From Octopus vulgaris (taxonomy: Eukaryota), in the NCBI GenBank assembly GCA_951406725.2, contig OX597836.1, positions 47,430,001 to 47,494,000 on the forward strand: a stretch of 64,000 nt of DNA, read 5' to 3'. Position numbers and translations under genes: made by a program. This document shows, one piece after another, positions 25,980 to 40,215 of the stretch. How positions within the stretch are numbered: the stretch's first letter is position 1; every line of letters starts with the position of its first letter. Under the pieces are notes generated by a model that saw only the letters and a list, made by a program, of their open reading frames with translations, was not told where the DNA came from and ran no database searches.

Positions 25980-26840
25980 GTTGGATATTTTATCGACTCA
26001 AGCAGAAATTGAACTCAAAACATGAAAATGGATGAAATACTGCTAAGCATTTTGTCTGGTATGCTAACAACTCTGCCAGCTCACCACCTTAATAATTATT
26101 ATAATAATAATAATCCTTTCTGCTGTGGGTACAAGGCCTGAAATTTGGGGGAGAGGGAAAGTTGATTACATCGACCCAGTATGCAACTGGTACTTATTTT
26201 ATCAGCCCTGAAAGGATGAAAGGTTAAGTCGACCTTGGCAGAATTTGAACTCAGAACATAAAGACAGGCAAAAGAATGCAAAGCATTTTGACTGACATGC
26301 TAACAGTTCTGCCAGCTCACCACCTTAAATAATAATAATAGCAATAATAATAATAATAACGATAATAATAATAATGATGATGATGATGATTTCAAATTTT
26401 TGCCACAGGGGCAGCTTAGGGGAGGGGATTAAGTCGATTACATCGACCCCAGTGCATAACTGGTATTTATTTAATCGACCCCGATAGAATGAAATACAAA
26501 GCTGACCTCGGTGGAATTCGAAACCAGAGCATAGTGACGGGCGAAATACTGCTAAGCATTTCATCCAACATGCTAATAATTCTGCCACCTTAAATAATAA
26601 TAATAATAATAATAATAATCCTTTCTACAACAGGCACAGGTCCTGAAGTTCAAGGGGAGGGGGACAGTCGATAACATCTGCCTCAGTACTCAACTAGTGT
26701 TTATTTTATCAACCCTGAAAGGATAAAAGGCAAAGTCAACCTTGACAGAATTTGAACTTAGGATGTGCAGACAGATGAAATACCCCTGAGCTTTTATTTA
26801 TCCTGGAATGCTAACGATTCTGCCAGCTCACCACCTTTAA
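25980..26840 (-). mobile_element. Head-to-tail cluster of four family B SINEs separated by (TAA)n
   Basis: Partial copy at ~25980, then ~26113, ~26390 and ~26619. Confidence 0.78.
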
Positions 26841-26935
26841 TAATAATTAGTATTTATGAAGATTGACAACTCTTCATGGAAGTAAATAAGCAATAAGAAG
26901 AGCATGATACACTTTGTAATAAATAGAGATCAAAT

Positions 26936-27349
26936 GGCGCAGGAGTGGCTGTGTGGTAAGTAGCTTGTTTACCAACCACATGGTTTCGGGTTCAGTCCCA
27001 CTGCGTGGCACCTTGGGCAAGTGTCTTCTAGTATAGCCTCGGGCCGACCAAAGCCTTGTGAGTGAATTTGGTAGGCGGAAACTGAAAGAAGCCCGTCGTA
27101 TATATGTATATATATATGTATGTGTGTGTGAGTTTGTGTGTCTGTGTTTGTCCCCCTAGCATTGCTTGACAACCGATGCTGGTGTGTTTATGTCCCCGTC
27201 ACTTAGCGGTTCGGCAAAAGAGACCGATAGAATAAGTACTGGGCTTACAAAAGAATAAGTCCCGGGGTCGAGTTGCTCGATTAAAGGCAGTGCTCCAGCA
27301 TGGCCGCAGTCAAATGACTGAAACAAGTAAAAGAGAGAAAAGAGAGTAA
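26936..27349 (+). mobile_element. SINE (family A), full length
   Basis: Matches the 5271 copy. Confidence 0.88.
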
Positions 27350-27699
27350 CTCTTTTTATTGAATTGAACAATATTTTGGCAGTAAAGGTCTTCTTCAGGT
27401 TCAAATTGAGAAGGAAAAAAAAAACCAGAAATACAGAAATTCAAAATTGGAACTGAAATATAATGCATTCCTTTTAAGACAAAATGGCATCATAAATTTT
27501 TGCTTTTTCATAACTGATAACAAAGAAACAACAAAAAAAGAATGACGAAGAAGAAAAAAAAAAGGAAAGAAAACACTTGATCAAAAAGTTTCGTGTAAAT
27601 GTGATGGTATGTTCTAACCATTTCATTCATTCCTCCAGGGCATGACATTAGTAATTCACAAATATATTTATCCTCAATGCAGTGGAGTTTGAATATTTC

Positions 27700-28080
27700 T
27701 GAGAATCTGTATTTTCAGGTGTTCCTCAAATTTACAGCCATCTGATGAAAAACGTCTTTTGACAAGTTCTGTCCAACCACTGTTATTGTACCTGACATCA
27801 TACCTGTACCCATTTGCATCTTATTTTAAATTTTTCTGTCATACAACCAGCATAAATGGAGTTCTGTTTGGTGCATTCTGCTGTGTACACCAAATGGGAA
27901 TCCTCACAGGTCCCATCTTCTGTATGAATCATAACATTTCTGTTATGGTTTGTGGTGGAGTTGACAAACGTTGTTACACAATGGACAAGTCTCACCTGTC
28001 TTGCAGCCGTCTTTCAGGGAGAGCATTCAGAAACTTCTGTGAAGTTTTCATTAGGATTAGAGTTACTGCTTAACAGTTCC
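27700..28080 (-). pseudogene. Penelope-like GIY-YIG endonuclease fragment
   Basis: GTCEDSHLVYTAECTKQNSIYAG resembles the C-x-VY-x-C-x-YxG pattern of PLE endonucleases. Confidence 0.55.
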
Positions 28081-29409
28081 CTTATATTTTTAACACTGTA
28101 AGAGGCAGCTGAGGAATTATTGTTTTTGAAGCAAGTATATTTTTTTGAAATATACTGGTAACTTTCAGGCAACACTTAAAATGCCAACAAAACTTCAGTG
28201 CCAGTCTATCACTAAATAAATTCAATCATAAATCTTCCTTTGGCTGCTAAAATTAAACATGAAAGTTTTACTTCCTTGGCTAATTGTAGCTATGCCATTT
28301 GCATTTTCCTTTAATCATGATTCACTATAACTGCATTTGACACAATGGTGCACAAGAGCATCTGCATCCCCTATGTCAGTACAAATCTGTTTTATCCTCA
28401 AAAACTGGGATTTCAGATTTAGCTCAATTGTAAGATGCAGATGATTGGAGCGGCAGTGGAAAAAAAAATCTGGTATGAAAATGTGGGTCTTTGAATTAAT
28501 TCTGTCACCTTCTGAAAGCTTAACTTTTGTATCCAAAACTTCAACACTAGTTTTTGAAAAAACTCCATGACAATTTTATATTGGACTTAAATCCATAGTT
28601 TTATGCAAAGCACTCACAAAAATGCAAGAAGTTAACTAAACTATCTTGCAATCCTTCTCAGACATAAGATGTCATCAGTGAACTGCGACCAGATTATTGG
28701 CTGATGACTGTGCAAGGATTTGAATGGCTCCATTTGAATGTATCTCAAATTTTCTCATGAAAACAGTGAAATTAACTGCCCTGGGGGGTATGCATGATGC
28801 ATCCCTCACTGCCCTTGTCTTTCTGCATCTCTCTATTATCCCCAGCTCATAATTTGTCTCATTTCTTCTTCTACCCAAACTATTTTGGCAATCTGCCCCA
28901 CCCTCATTCACCTTCTCAAACAATCATACAATCCACCCACCCACCCACCTCTCCCCAACTTGTACCTTGTGGGGTTACTTAGGCACCTCATCTTAGTACT
29001 TACAAATCATTTTATCTTTCTCTCTCTCTCTTACTAGGTGTAAGTAGCTATGCAGATCCCTCTGCAGAAAACTACTCTGCCACCCACCCACCCTCCCCAG
29101 TAATCCTCTATCATGTAGCTATGCCCAACCTATCTCAGGGCTCATAGTCCTACTGCAAACTGTATGGCGACCACAATAGTGCAGGTAGCACAAAAAAAAA
29201 GCACCCAGTCCACACTGTAAAGTGATTGGAGTTAGAAAGGACATCCAGCCATGAAGACATGCCAAAGCAGTTACTAGAGCATCAAGCAGTCTTTGGACAT
29301 ATTGGTTCGTCAAACTGTCCAACCCATGCCAGCATGGAACATGGATGTTGATGATGATGATGATGATGATACATATGTATATAAATATATGTATATATGG
29401 ATGCGATAA

Positions 29410-30100
29410 ATATTGATTTTGCAAAGGTCTTTGACGAGGCTGATCATGGGATAATAATGTCAGAAACTACAAGGATTTGGTATAGTTGGAAAACTGGGAG
29501 AGTGGTATGACTTCTTAAAAGACATGTGTCAGTCTGTGGAAGCCAATGAAGCCCTCTCCTATGAGACATTAACTCTTTTGTTACCGTATTTCTTTTGAGA
29601 TGCTCTGTGTTTCTTTCAATTACATTAAATATAACAAAGAATTTAGTAAAATAACTTAGTTATCATTCAGCTAGTGTTAGGAACGTTAATTGTGACTAAG
29701 GTTTGGTGGAAGATTTTAATTCAAAACTTTTGAAAATAAGACATTTGAACTACAGAGCCAGAGCCGGTTTCAGCCAGGTTGGTAACAAAAGGGTTAATAG
29801 TTGAGTGAAGTGCCTCAGGAAACTGGGCCATTGCTGTTTGTGGTGACTCTCAGATATGCCACCAGTTATAATGACACCCACTCTTACTAGCTATGCCAAT
29901 GACACAGAAGTAGCACAAGCAAGAATTCTCTCAATGCTAACCTTCTACTCAAAGATCTGGATTCTACGGATAAATTGGCTGAAGAGAACATGCAATTTAA
30001 TGCAGGAAAAACTCCACGCCCTCCTCTGTCAGCTAATTTGTGCTAACATGCCACAACAAATATACTTCAGATCAAAAGTAGCAGCAACCCCAGAGTCAAA
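29410..30100 (+). pseudogene. LINE RT fragment (CR1/L2/Jockey-like) interrupted by a MITE
   Basis: IDFAKVFDEADHGII...GIVGKLGEW, then after the MITE, EVPQ..GPLLFV...LTSYANDT. Confidence 0.6.
29568..29797. mobile_element. TTAA-flanked MITE (family E)
   Basis: ttaactcttttgttacc...ggtaacaaaagggttaa; other copies at 32830-33043 and, partially, 12385-12557. Confidence 0.8.
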
Positions 30101-31803
30101 CACGTGAATGGCTGGATTCGATTCTGAAAACTTATTTCCCTGATTCTTTCCTTATAAGTAAATATTAAAAAGTGAAAAAAACAGCAAAAAAAGATCAACA
30201 TAATATATAATGAACAGACTGCCAAAGTATTTTGTAAACATAAGATATATAAATGTTATGAGACATTTTAATTCATTTATATTATCATACAAAACATTTC
30301 TTAATGTTGTATTTAAGAAATTACATTACACTTTAGTTAGAAAACAATAGAATCATGCAGACATGCACACAGTTATGTTAGGTTGATTTTCAGATACACA
30401 AGGAAGATTAAACACATACCTAATTAGTAATGTTAAATGTCTAGGATGAGTTGTTAAATTATAATTTGTCAAACTATTGACAGTATTTATTTATACATGA
30501 TATTATGACTGCTTTGACATCTCAGTGGGTTACTCTTAAATGTGTACAGAGTACAAAGAGTTCAAACTGTGAACCTTCATTTCTAAACTAAGGGTAATAA
30601 TATCACCTGTTACATGCATCACTGGCCTAAATGATACGAGTGTTATTAATTTGCAGGGGAAAAAATACTCAGTACATGTAGTAGAGTATGTATCTACATC
30701 TGTTCCAATCTGATGGTTTATACTTTCAGTCCTTGCCTCTGTGCTTTACTCGAGCAACAGAAAACCAATCAGTTCATTCATCTCTTTGTCCTCTTAATAA
30801 ACGCATGAGGTGCAGAACACACAGAGTGGATTACCTTCAGTTACACATACACGACATTTATGGTTTGGTCAGACAAGAGAAGCAGCTGTACTCACGACTA
30901 GTTTCACAGGTGTACCAAGACCGGTTCATGTAAGTGAGAGGAAGAATCCACAACTCATAGGTTATCTCCAGATTTAAATGTTTGTATTAGAGTGGATTCT
31001 GCTAAAAGTACCTACCTAAAGGCCAGATGGTGACATTAAACAAGGTAATAGATTATGTCTGCCACCTGAGATCAAATACAGTCCATTCAAGATATTCCAT
31101 TTCACTGGGTCGATTCAAGGCTAGAACAGAAGGTACTTGCCCAAGTGGCTGCACCAGTGAGATTCAAGCTAGCTATATGATGTTAAAACTAACCGTTTCC
31201 ATGACAACTGAAAGCTTAGATGTTTTAGCAGTTGTTCTTACAATTGAAAATTTAATTTCCAGATGATTAATTCAGAGATGTGAATTTATAATTAATAATC
31301 GTCACAAATCTCAATCAATGTACTAGTAAAACAGAAAGAAAATCATAAAACATCCCTTAAAGCATTTTCCAACCTTTAGCTGCTATTTTGATTAAAAACA
31401 CAGTTTTTGCTTATACACAATAAAATTTAATTTCAATTATTACTAAAGTTTTACAAAAGAAAAAATGGAGAGACTCTGATTTGAGTTTGATATCTTCTTA
31501 TGTAATATAAATGCTAAGTAATCCTACAATGATGCAAAATGGTGAGACAGATATATTTCAAAACTAAGAATGGCCATTGCTTTCAATTTAAAAGATCTTC
31601 TAACAAAATGGAGCAAGACAAAAATACGGATCATAGAAAAGAAAGAAAAAGAAAAGAAAAAGAAAAAGCACCAAGATAGCAAATTTAGGAAGAAAAAAAA
31701 AATATTGCAGAAAATATATGCTTTGTATGTGTGGCTAAACAAGACACGTAGATACAGACAGACAGACACTGGTTTCTAAGAGGAGCAGATGAAATATACT
31801 TAC

Positions 31804-31935
31804 CTTTCATTGATTGTGAACTAAATTCTATAAAGGATGACTTAGCAAAATTTCTAGACTGACACTTACCATAATTATGTGCTTTTGGTCCAGATATTTT
31901 CCTTGGTAATCTCTGCTGAACAGGGACCAGCATTT
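31804..31935 (-). CDS. Candidate alternative TMCC cassette exon (66 or 132 nt, two donors)
   Basis: Acceptor ctgttttttag|AA; donors ATG|gtaagt (31870) and AAG|gtaagt (31804); both phase 1/1 and stop-free. No recognisable homology. Confidence 0.5.
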
Positions 31936-32366
31936 CTAAAAAACAGTGACACTACTCCTAAGCACAGTTGAGAGAGATTCTAAACAGGATGTTTTTTTTT
32001 TTTTCTTTTCTACTGAAAAAGGGAACCGCTAAATTTCCATAGAATCAATACACAATAACAAAAAAAAAATGCAAATAGAGATCAGAAATAGCATCTTAAA
32101 GCCAACTTCAACACAAATAACAAAATATCTGACCCTTAAATAATCGCAGTGAAGTCTTATATTTTGTAAGAAAGATATATTCTAATCTAATTTTATATAC
32201 AAATCATATTTTCCAAATTGTTAAAAATAAATATAGCAAGGTAAGATGGAAAAACATTTAAGGTATGTTACAGAGCCAACCTGAGACCACATCTAATTTT
32301 ATGATACAATACCACCTGTTTTAAAGTACTCTGCTTAAATCATAAACTTTATGTCAGAAACTTGAA

Positions 32367-33059
32367 ACCTTTAGCATTCAGATTATTCTGGCAAATATAA
32401 TGCTTATTTATTTCAATTGAATTAGTCGTGCATGCATTATCTCGTACTTTGAGATTTCAATGACATGATTGTTTATTTCATCATCATCATCGTTTAACAT
32501 CCGTTCTCCATGCTAGCATGGGTTGGACGGTTCGACCGGGGATCTGGGAAACCAGAAGGCTGCACCGAGCTCCAGTCTTGATCTGGCAGTGTTTCTACAG
32601 CTGGATGCCCTTCCTAACGCCAACCACTCCATGAGTGTAGTGGGTGCTTTTTACGTGCCAGGCGAGGCTGGCAGCGGCCACGATCGGATTGGTGCCTTTT
32701 ACGTGCCACCAGCATGGAAGGCAGTCAAGGCAGCACTGGCATCGGCCACGTTCAGATGGTGCTTTTTACGTAGGGGCCAGATCTGGTCAGTATGAACATA
32801 AAACTGATGGAATACTTTGGCCAGATAGTTTAACCCTTTTGTTACTGTATTTATTTTGAGATGCTCTGTGTTTCTTTCAATTACATTAAATATAACAAAG
32901 AATTTAGTAAAATAAGCTAGTGTTAGGAACATAAATTGTGACTAAGGTTTGGTGGAAGATCTTAATTCAAAACTTATGAAAACAAGACATTTGTACTACA
33001 GAGCCAGAGGCGGTTTCAGCCGGGTTGGCATCAAAAGGGTTAAATGTTAAAAGGGTTAA
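32367..33059. mobile_element. Nested insertion: MITE D containing a family C SINE (~32478-32770) and MITE E (32830-33043)
   Basis: MITE D sequence resumes after each insert; MITE E is bounded by duplicated TTAA. Confidence 0.8.
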
Positions 33060-35298
33060 GTAATATCCCAAACACTAGCTTAAAATTACAAAAAAAAACA
33101 AAAAAAAGTTATTTTATTAATTCTCTCTAAACTGATTATTTTCAAAACCCATTGAAACAAACTTAGGATTTATTTCATTACAAAATATGATCAGGAAAGG
33201 ATCAAAGAAAATTGATGTCATAATGGCTTTAAGATGCTGAAATACTGATGGAATATCTATTGGGGTAGACTCAATTGTGCTTGTCTCAATTAGTCTGAGT
33301 GACAGATTCGATTTTTACTTCAAAGCTAAGTCATTACTATTTTTGTTAATATAAAAATAACTGTTTCACCAAAAACCCAACATTATTAGTGCAAGAAAAT
33401 AAACACAAAATAACTAAAAAAAAAAAAAAAAATGCTATATCAAACTAGATTACAACTTCCTTTTGTGTATCAAAGAAACTTTAGGTCAAACAAAATTACT
33501 GATTATTAGTGTAATTTAAAAGGCACACTCGAATACAATAAGAATTATAACTGAATGTGTGATTAAGTTGACAAATTAGTAGTGACATGGTTCTCAAATT
33601 ACATATAAACAGTTCCCCCAAAGGATGACACAGCTCCCAGTTGTAAGCAGTAAAGATCCCAAATTTTCAGTGTTGCCATTATTCATCAGCAAATACTAAA
33701 TGGTGACCAATTAAGAAAAATAAACAAGGATAATACTCTCCTACCTACAAAATAATCTCTCTTTACTCTCTTTTAATTGTTTCAGTCATTTGACTGCAGC
33801 CATGCTGGAGCACCGCCTTTAGTCGAGCAAATCGACCCCGGGACTTATTCTTTGTAAGCCCAGTACTTCATCCTGAGACTGTGAGAAAATATAAGCCTAT
33901 GAATAGTGGCCGCTGGAACACCCAAACTCCCCTTGATAATGAATCAACAGCATTTCCTGAAAGCAACTCTGCACTTACAGCAAAGGAGCTACAACACTAC
34001 AGCACTTGTGAATGGAGGGCATTTTACAGAACCGGCCAGAGGTTCAGCTTTTTACTGTAGTGGTAACTGTGAGGAGGTGTGGTTTTTGCACTGAAAGCAC
34101 CTGTAGTCTCAGGTCTGGAAGAACTTCAATGTGAAGTTAGTGAGTCTTATGTACATGAGTCTTCCACTGATCAAGGACCTTCATGTGACTCCTGTTAGTG
34201 TGTGTGCTCCATGTGATTGTCTGAAACTGAAGAGTTTTCCTTCTACATAAAGGGACTTAAAAGAATGGATAAAAAAAAGGCCAGGTATTCAATCAAAATA
34301 TTTGCATCAATACCTGGCCAGATATTTATTTATTTTGTCAGAGGAGGATAAAACCTTATTACTCCACAAATTTCTTCAAGAGTCAGTCCAATTATATGTA
34401 CCCCTCTAAGATAAATTTTTTTTTTAAATAGCTCCTTTGTATGAAGAAAACTTTAATTCTCCAAGCTACCCAGACAAAAATGAAACTAATTTCGGAGGGA
34501 AAACGTAAAGTAAAGTGATTTTTTTTCCCCTGAAACTCTGCATCCTGGATTACTGATTTAAAGAGGAATGAAAAAGCTATTTTGTTTTAATATGATACTT
34601 TTCTGTTGGTTAAATGTTTTTCCTTTCTCTCTTACACATCACATCTTTTACTTTTTTCAATCATAGGACTATATATAAGATTCATCAACCCCACCCCCTT
34701 GTGACGTACCTGGTCAGCTTAGTTCATCACACATATATACACACATATGTATGTGACTATATATATATATATATATATAGATATGTTTGTCCATGTATAT
34801 ATATAATTACACACGCACATATACATACATATACACATACATATATACACATGCACATAGACAAAAACATATACACTTACTTGTACATGTGTAATAAATG
34901 TATAAATGTAGGTTTATACACAAACACATAGGCAAGTGGTGAGTGAAAACAGTAGAAAGTTACAAAGTGTTAATATACAGGTTTATATTTATTATTCTCC
35001 TTGTTTATTTTATATTATTTAAACTAAAACATCTGCTACAAAGTTGAAGTAATATTTTTTTAGTTTTATTATATTTACTATTTTTATTTCTTTACCAATT
35101 TGATTTACTTCTTTATTGTATAAATCTAAATAGCTTCAAATTATTTCAGTTATATTTTTCAAACAATAAACTGAAAACCATTTTAATCCAGAATATTAGA
35201 TAACAACAACAGCAACAACAATAATCTTGCATTTGAAATAATTAACTAATTAATTTCACAACCACAGAATCATCTATAATATTGTTCAATTATTATAG

Positions 35299-35697
35299 TA
35301 CTCTTTTACTCTTTTACTTGTTTCAGTCATTTGACTGCGGCCATGCTAGAGCACCGCCTTTAGTCGAGCAAATCGACCCCGGGACTTATTCTTTGTAAGC
35401 CCGGTACTTATTCTATCGGTCTCTTTTGCCGAACTGCTAAGTGACGGGGACGTAAACACACCAGCATCGGTTAGTCAAGCAATGCTAGGGGGACAAACAC
35501 AGACACACAAACACACACATACATATACATATATACGACAGGCTTCTTTCAGTTTCCGTCTACCAAATCCACTCACAAGGCATTGGTCGGCCCGGGGCTA
35601 TAGCAGAAGACACTTGCCCAAGATGCCATGCAGTGGGACTGAACCCGGAACCATGTGGTTGGTTAGCAAGCTACTTACCACACAGCCACTCCTGCGC
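35299..35697 (-). mobile_element. SINE (family A), full length
   Basis: Reverse complement of the 5271 copy. Confidence 0.88.
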
Positions 35698-36882
35698 CCT
35701 ACTTTAATCTTAACTAATGAATCTATCTTAATGAGAAGTGAGCAGTATTTATTTAATACAGATTAATTACACTTAAGGATATATATATTTGTATACATGT
35801 ATGTATATATGTACATATATTTGGAGACATAGATGAAGATACACCAGCGAGGGAAACTATGCATGCAAATTTTATTGCTGCACATACTTGATCTGGTCAT
35901 AGACATTAGCATTTGAATGCTTGTTTATGCAACTGCAAATTTAAGAACACATTGCACACACATGTATGCATCATATGAATGCATGTCACCCAAGAATAAT
36001 GATAATAGTAATAATAATCCTTTTTACTCTAGGCACAAGGTCTGGAATTTGGCGGAGGGGACGAGTTGATTACATTGACATCAGTATGCAACTGGTACTT
36101 AATTCATCAACACCGAAAGGATGAAAGGCAAAGTTGACCTTAGCAGAATTTGAACTCAGAACGTTAAGATAGACGAAATACCACTAAGCATTTTGCCCAG
36201 CATGCTAATAGTTTTCCTAGCTCGCTGCTTTAATAATGCAATATAGTACTCCCCAAACAAGGTAGGGGAATACAGCACACACCTACCCACCTCGAAAGTA
36301 CAGCAGATGATGCAATAGAAAGTTACCTAAAAGTACCAGGTGTCAAATAATAATAGTGGTGATGATGATGATGATGGTGATGAACATTACCTCACCTCAA
36401 TTTATGAGAGGCAAGAGTTTGCCTAGAAACTCTTGTGGTAAGAGTGAAAATGAGGCTGGACCTTTAACGGAAGGCCTCTCGCTGTACAGTGGTTCAGAGA
36501 AGATGCAGACTGATCACAGGTGATATCCTGAGACAGCATCAGCAGGTAATGGAGTGAGGAGGAGGAAGTGGACCAGTGAAGAAAAGAGGAAAGTGATGTA
36601 GGTGCTGCTTAGAAAGTAGCACTACATCATCTTAAAAGATGGAGTTATAGAAAACAGATGTCGACACTTTGGGCAGAGAAGGGTTTGTTTAAGGTGACTG
36701 AACAGAGACTAGTAGACCAAGCTAATGTTATTAGGGGAAGAAAACCCTTTAAGGCAGCACCCCGAGCAAGGTTCACAGTTCAGTGAATGAAGCAATTAAC
36801 CAATAAAAGATACACTCATGTTTTGACTTCTATTTTCCTGTTTGTATCACCAAACCTTTCTTTGCTCTTTATATATACATAT

Positions 36883-37092
36883 CTCTTTTACTCTTTTACT
36901 TGTTTCAGTCATTTGACTGTGGCCAAGCTGGAGCACCGCCTTTAATCAAGCAACTCGACCCCGGGACTTATTCTTTTGTAAGCCCAGTACTTATTCTATC
37001 GGTCTCTTTTGCCGAACCGCTAAGTAACGGGGACATAAACATACCAGCATCTGTTGTCAAGAGATGTTGGGGGGACAAACACAGACACCCTA

Positions 37093-37143
<51 letters not shown>

Positions 37144-37310
37144 TACGACGGGCTTCTTTCAGTTTCCGTCTACCAAATCCACTCACAAGGCTTTGGTCGG
37201 CCCGAGGCTATAGTAGAAGACACTTACCCAAGGTGCCACGCAGTGGGACTGAACCCGGAACCATGTGGTTGGTAAGCAAGCTACTTACCACACAGCCACT
37301 CCTGCACCTA
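36883..37310 (-). mobile_element. SINE (family A), full length
   Basis: Reverse complement of the 5271 copy. Confidence 0.88.
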
Positions 37311-38718
37311 TTATATATATATATATATATATACATACACACATACACACACACACATACATACATTGGAACCTCGAGTCTAGAGCTGAAATGGCTTCTA
37401 CAAAGCAATCATTTGTAACTCTGCTAATTAGCCAATTTGTATATACGTGTGTGTGTGTGAGTGTGTTTGTGTTGTGTACATACACCTATGCTTTTTGTGC
37501 TCTCATATAACAATCTGTATTAATTCTAATAACATGAAATCTAATGATCAAAATTATTTGTGTATTTAGTCTAAAGTCTATTTAAGGATTTGAATAGGAA
37601 TTCTAATTTTAGAATTAAGGGTAATGAAAAAATTGCAAGCAGATTAATGGATTGTGTAATACCAGCTGATTTTGAAAGATCTATTATTTCTATAAGAGAG
37701 AAACAAAAGCTAATTGTAAAGTTGAATAAATGGAGGAAAAAAATAATGTAGAGAGAAAGAAGGGAGAAGAAGAAATGTGAATTAGAGTTTGGAAATGTTC
37801 CATGGAACCATGCTTCAATAGAAATGAAAGGAAACAAAATTTCAAGTCACACTTTCAAACATAACCAAGAACGCAAGAATCAAATGTATCAAAAACGGAA
37901 AGATGTATGTATGCGTATGTATCTAGAAATGTATGAGTATGTGCTTGTGTGTGAGCATGTGGAAGCACGTATGTATCTATAATTCTGTGCGTGTGTGTGT
38001 GTGTGTGTTCTCCACTTGAACAATTGCAAGTTGATAGCTATGAGAAGAACAGTGCAGTGGGAGCAATCTACCTCTGCAACCCTACAGTCCAATGAGGAAG
38101 GACTGGCTACAGGGGTTAGCAGAGTACCTGAAAGAATGGATAATAAAGAGGGTGCAGAGAAGAACAGGAATGAAGGAGTTGGGGAGGGCCTAAATGGGGG
38201 AAGCATGAGATTAGGATGCTCCAGAGAGTAGAGGCTATTATAGGAAGGAGAGTCAGAGAGAGATGTCAGCACTTCTGCGGAACAAAGGTTGGAGTGAGTG
38301 TGTTGGCAAGTAAATATATGCCAATCGGTCAAGCAACCTTTCTTTGCATATGGGGCACTCAATACCCCACTGTGCGTACATTTGTTTGTTTATAAGTGTG
38401 TGTGGGGCATAGCGTTTTTAGCCTTATTATCATTTTAACATTCTCTTTTCTGTGCTTGCATGGGTCCAATGGAACTTGTTGAGGAAGATTTCTCTGTGTT
38501 GCTAATCTTCACCCACTTCCTAATGAGGTAATACTGCTTGATAGCCTGACAAGTTTTCATGAAAGACTGAAAATTAACAACACTGCTTGTATAACAGTGA
38601 TGCTTCTTTACAACTACTGGGCAATGTCAAGACATGTAAGATACACCAATGCACACACATGCACAAACATGTGTGTGTGTGTGTATGCATACATATATGA
38701 TGGACTTCTTTCAGTTTC

Positions 38719-38950
38719 TTATTTCTTTATTGCCCACAAGGGGCTAAACATAGAGGGGACAAACAAGGACAGAAAAAGGGATTGAGTCGATTACATCGAC
38801 CCCAGTGCGTAACTGGTACTTATTTTATCGACCCCGAAAGGATGAAAGGCAAAGTTGTCCTCGGCGGAATTTGAACTCAGAACGTAACGGCAGACGAAAT
38901 ACCGCCAAGCATTATGCCCGGCGTGCTAACGTTTCTGCCAGCTTGCTGCC
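38719..38950 (-). mobile_element. SINE (family B) inserted into a decayed family A copy
   Basis: Family A sequence (cttctttcagtttc) precedes it and resumes (ttctttctgtttctgtcaac...) after it. Confidence 0.78.
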
Positions 38951-39090
38951 TTCTTTCTGTTTCTGTCAACTCAATCCACTTGCAAGGCCTAAGCCAGCTT
39001 GCGGATATTGTAGAAGTCGTAGTGTCATGCAAGGGAAGTGATTCCAAAACAACATGGCTGAGAAGCAAACTCCTTCACCACACAGTCATA

Positions 39091-39377
39091 TCTTTATATA
39101 TAAAAGTGAGGTTGTGTGCTGTCTGTCTCCTAAGATTTAGATTCCTAACTACTCCCACATTTTGCAGTGCAGTTTAACCAAAACCGGGTATCTTATAGTC
39201 GTGATTCATATCGAGCCCTTCTGGGTATTAGTGCGCATCTACGATGAGTCCACGATTTAAAAAAAAATTTACCATCATTTTTATTCCATTTTTTGCTATT
39301 TTTTGGCTATAACTCTCTAAAAATGCTTATATAGTTATTTCCCTTACAAACCCGAGCAACGCCAGGCAATACTGCTA

Positions 39378-39378
<1 letters not shown>
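39091..39378 (+). mobile_element. Non-autonomous Helitron-like element
   Basis: A|TC start; cccgagcaacgccaggc subterminal hairpin; CTAG|T end. Confidence 0.78.
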
Positions 39379-39411
<33 letters not shown>

Positions 39412-39884
39412 TGACTCCAACCATACTATTGAATGTTCTTATGCCTCCATTGGTCACTAGGTGCTTCACATTGGTTTACCTTTCAGGTGATGCCTCTTCA
39501 CTGGTTAGGCAGGTAGGCTAACGTCCCCCACCAACAGAACACCAGTCCGTCACAGGGTTGCCCATTAGGAGCTGAGTGGACTGGGGCAATAGGAAGTGCT
39601 TTGCTCAAGGACACAGTGCACAGCAAATCTGGATATCGAAACCACGATCTTGGGATCATGAGTGCAACACCCTAACCACAGGCCATGTACCTTTGCACGC
39701 ACACACACACACACACAAACACAAACACATGCGTGTGTATGTATGTACGTGGGCATGTGTGTGCAAGTTTGCGTGTATGTATGTATTGCAATATTCATTA
39801 TGCTAATTAAAAAAGAACATTGTAAAAACCTTATTATTGTATTCTAATTAGTAGATAACATGGTATAAATTATGATTTTTATAT

Positions 39885-40215
39885 GTTAGCAGTTAACATC
39901 ATAAAAGCTATTGTTGTATACCTGTTAACAGTCACCATAGTAAAATCAACTATTATATTTCTGTTAGTCGTTAACATAGTAAAAACGCTATTACCATATT
40001 TCAGTAATTAACATGAGAAAAACTGTTATATTTCTGTTAATGATAAACATAGTAAAAAAGCTATTACCATATTTCTTTCAGTAGTTAAAATGATAAAATC
40101 AACAATTATATTTCTGTTAGTCGTTAACATAGTAAAAAAGCTATTACCATATTTCAGTAATCAACATGATAAAAACTCTATTGTTACCACATTTTTGTAA
40201 TCAGTTAACATGGTT
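39885..40215. repeat. Degenerate ~37-40-bp AT-rich minisatellite
   Basis: Recurring gttaacatagtaaaaa...ctattaccatatttc units. Confidence 0.7.

Noticed and set aside
34180-34250. Possible extra TMCC exon after ctttatgtag
   Set aside because: Hits a stop after ~20 codons in the required phase, with no convincing donor or homology.
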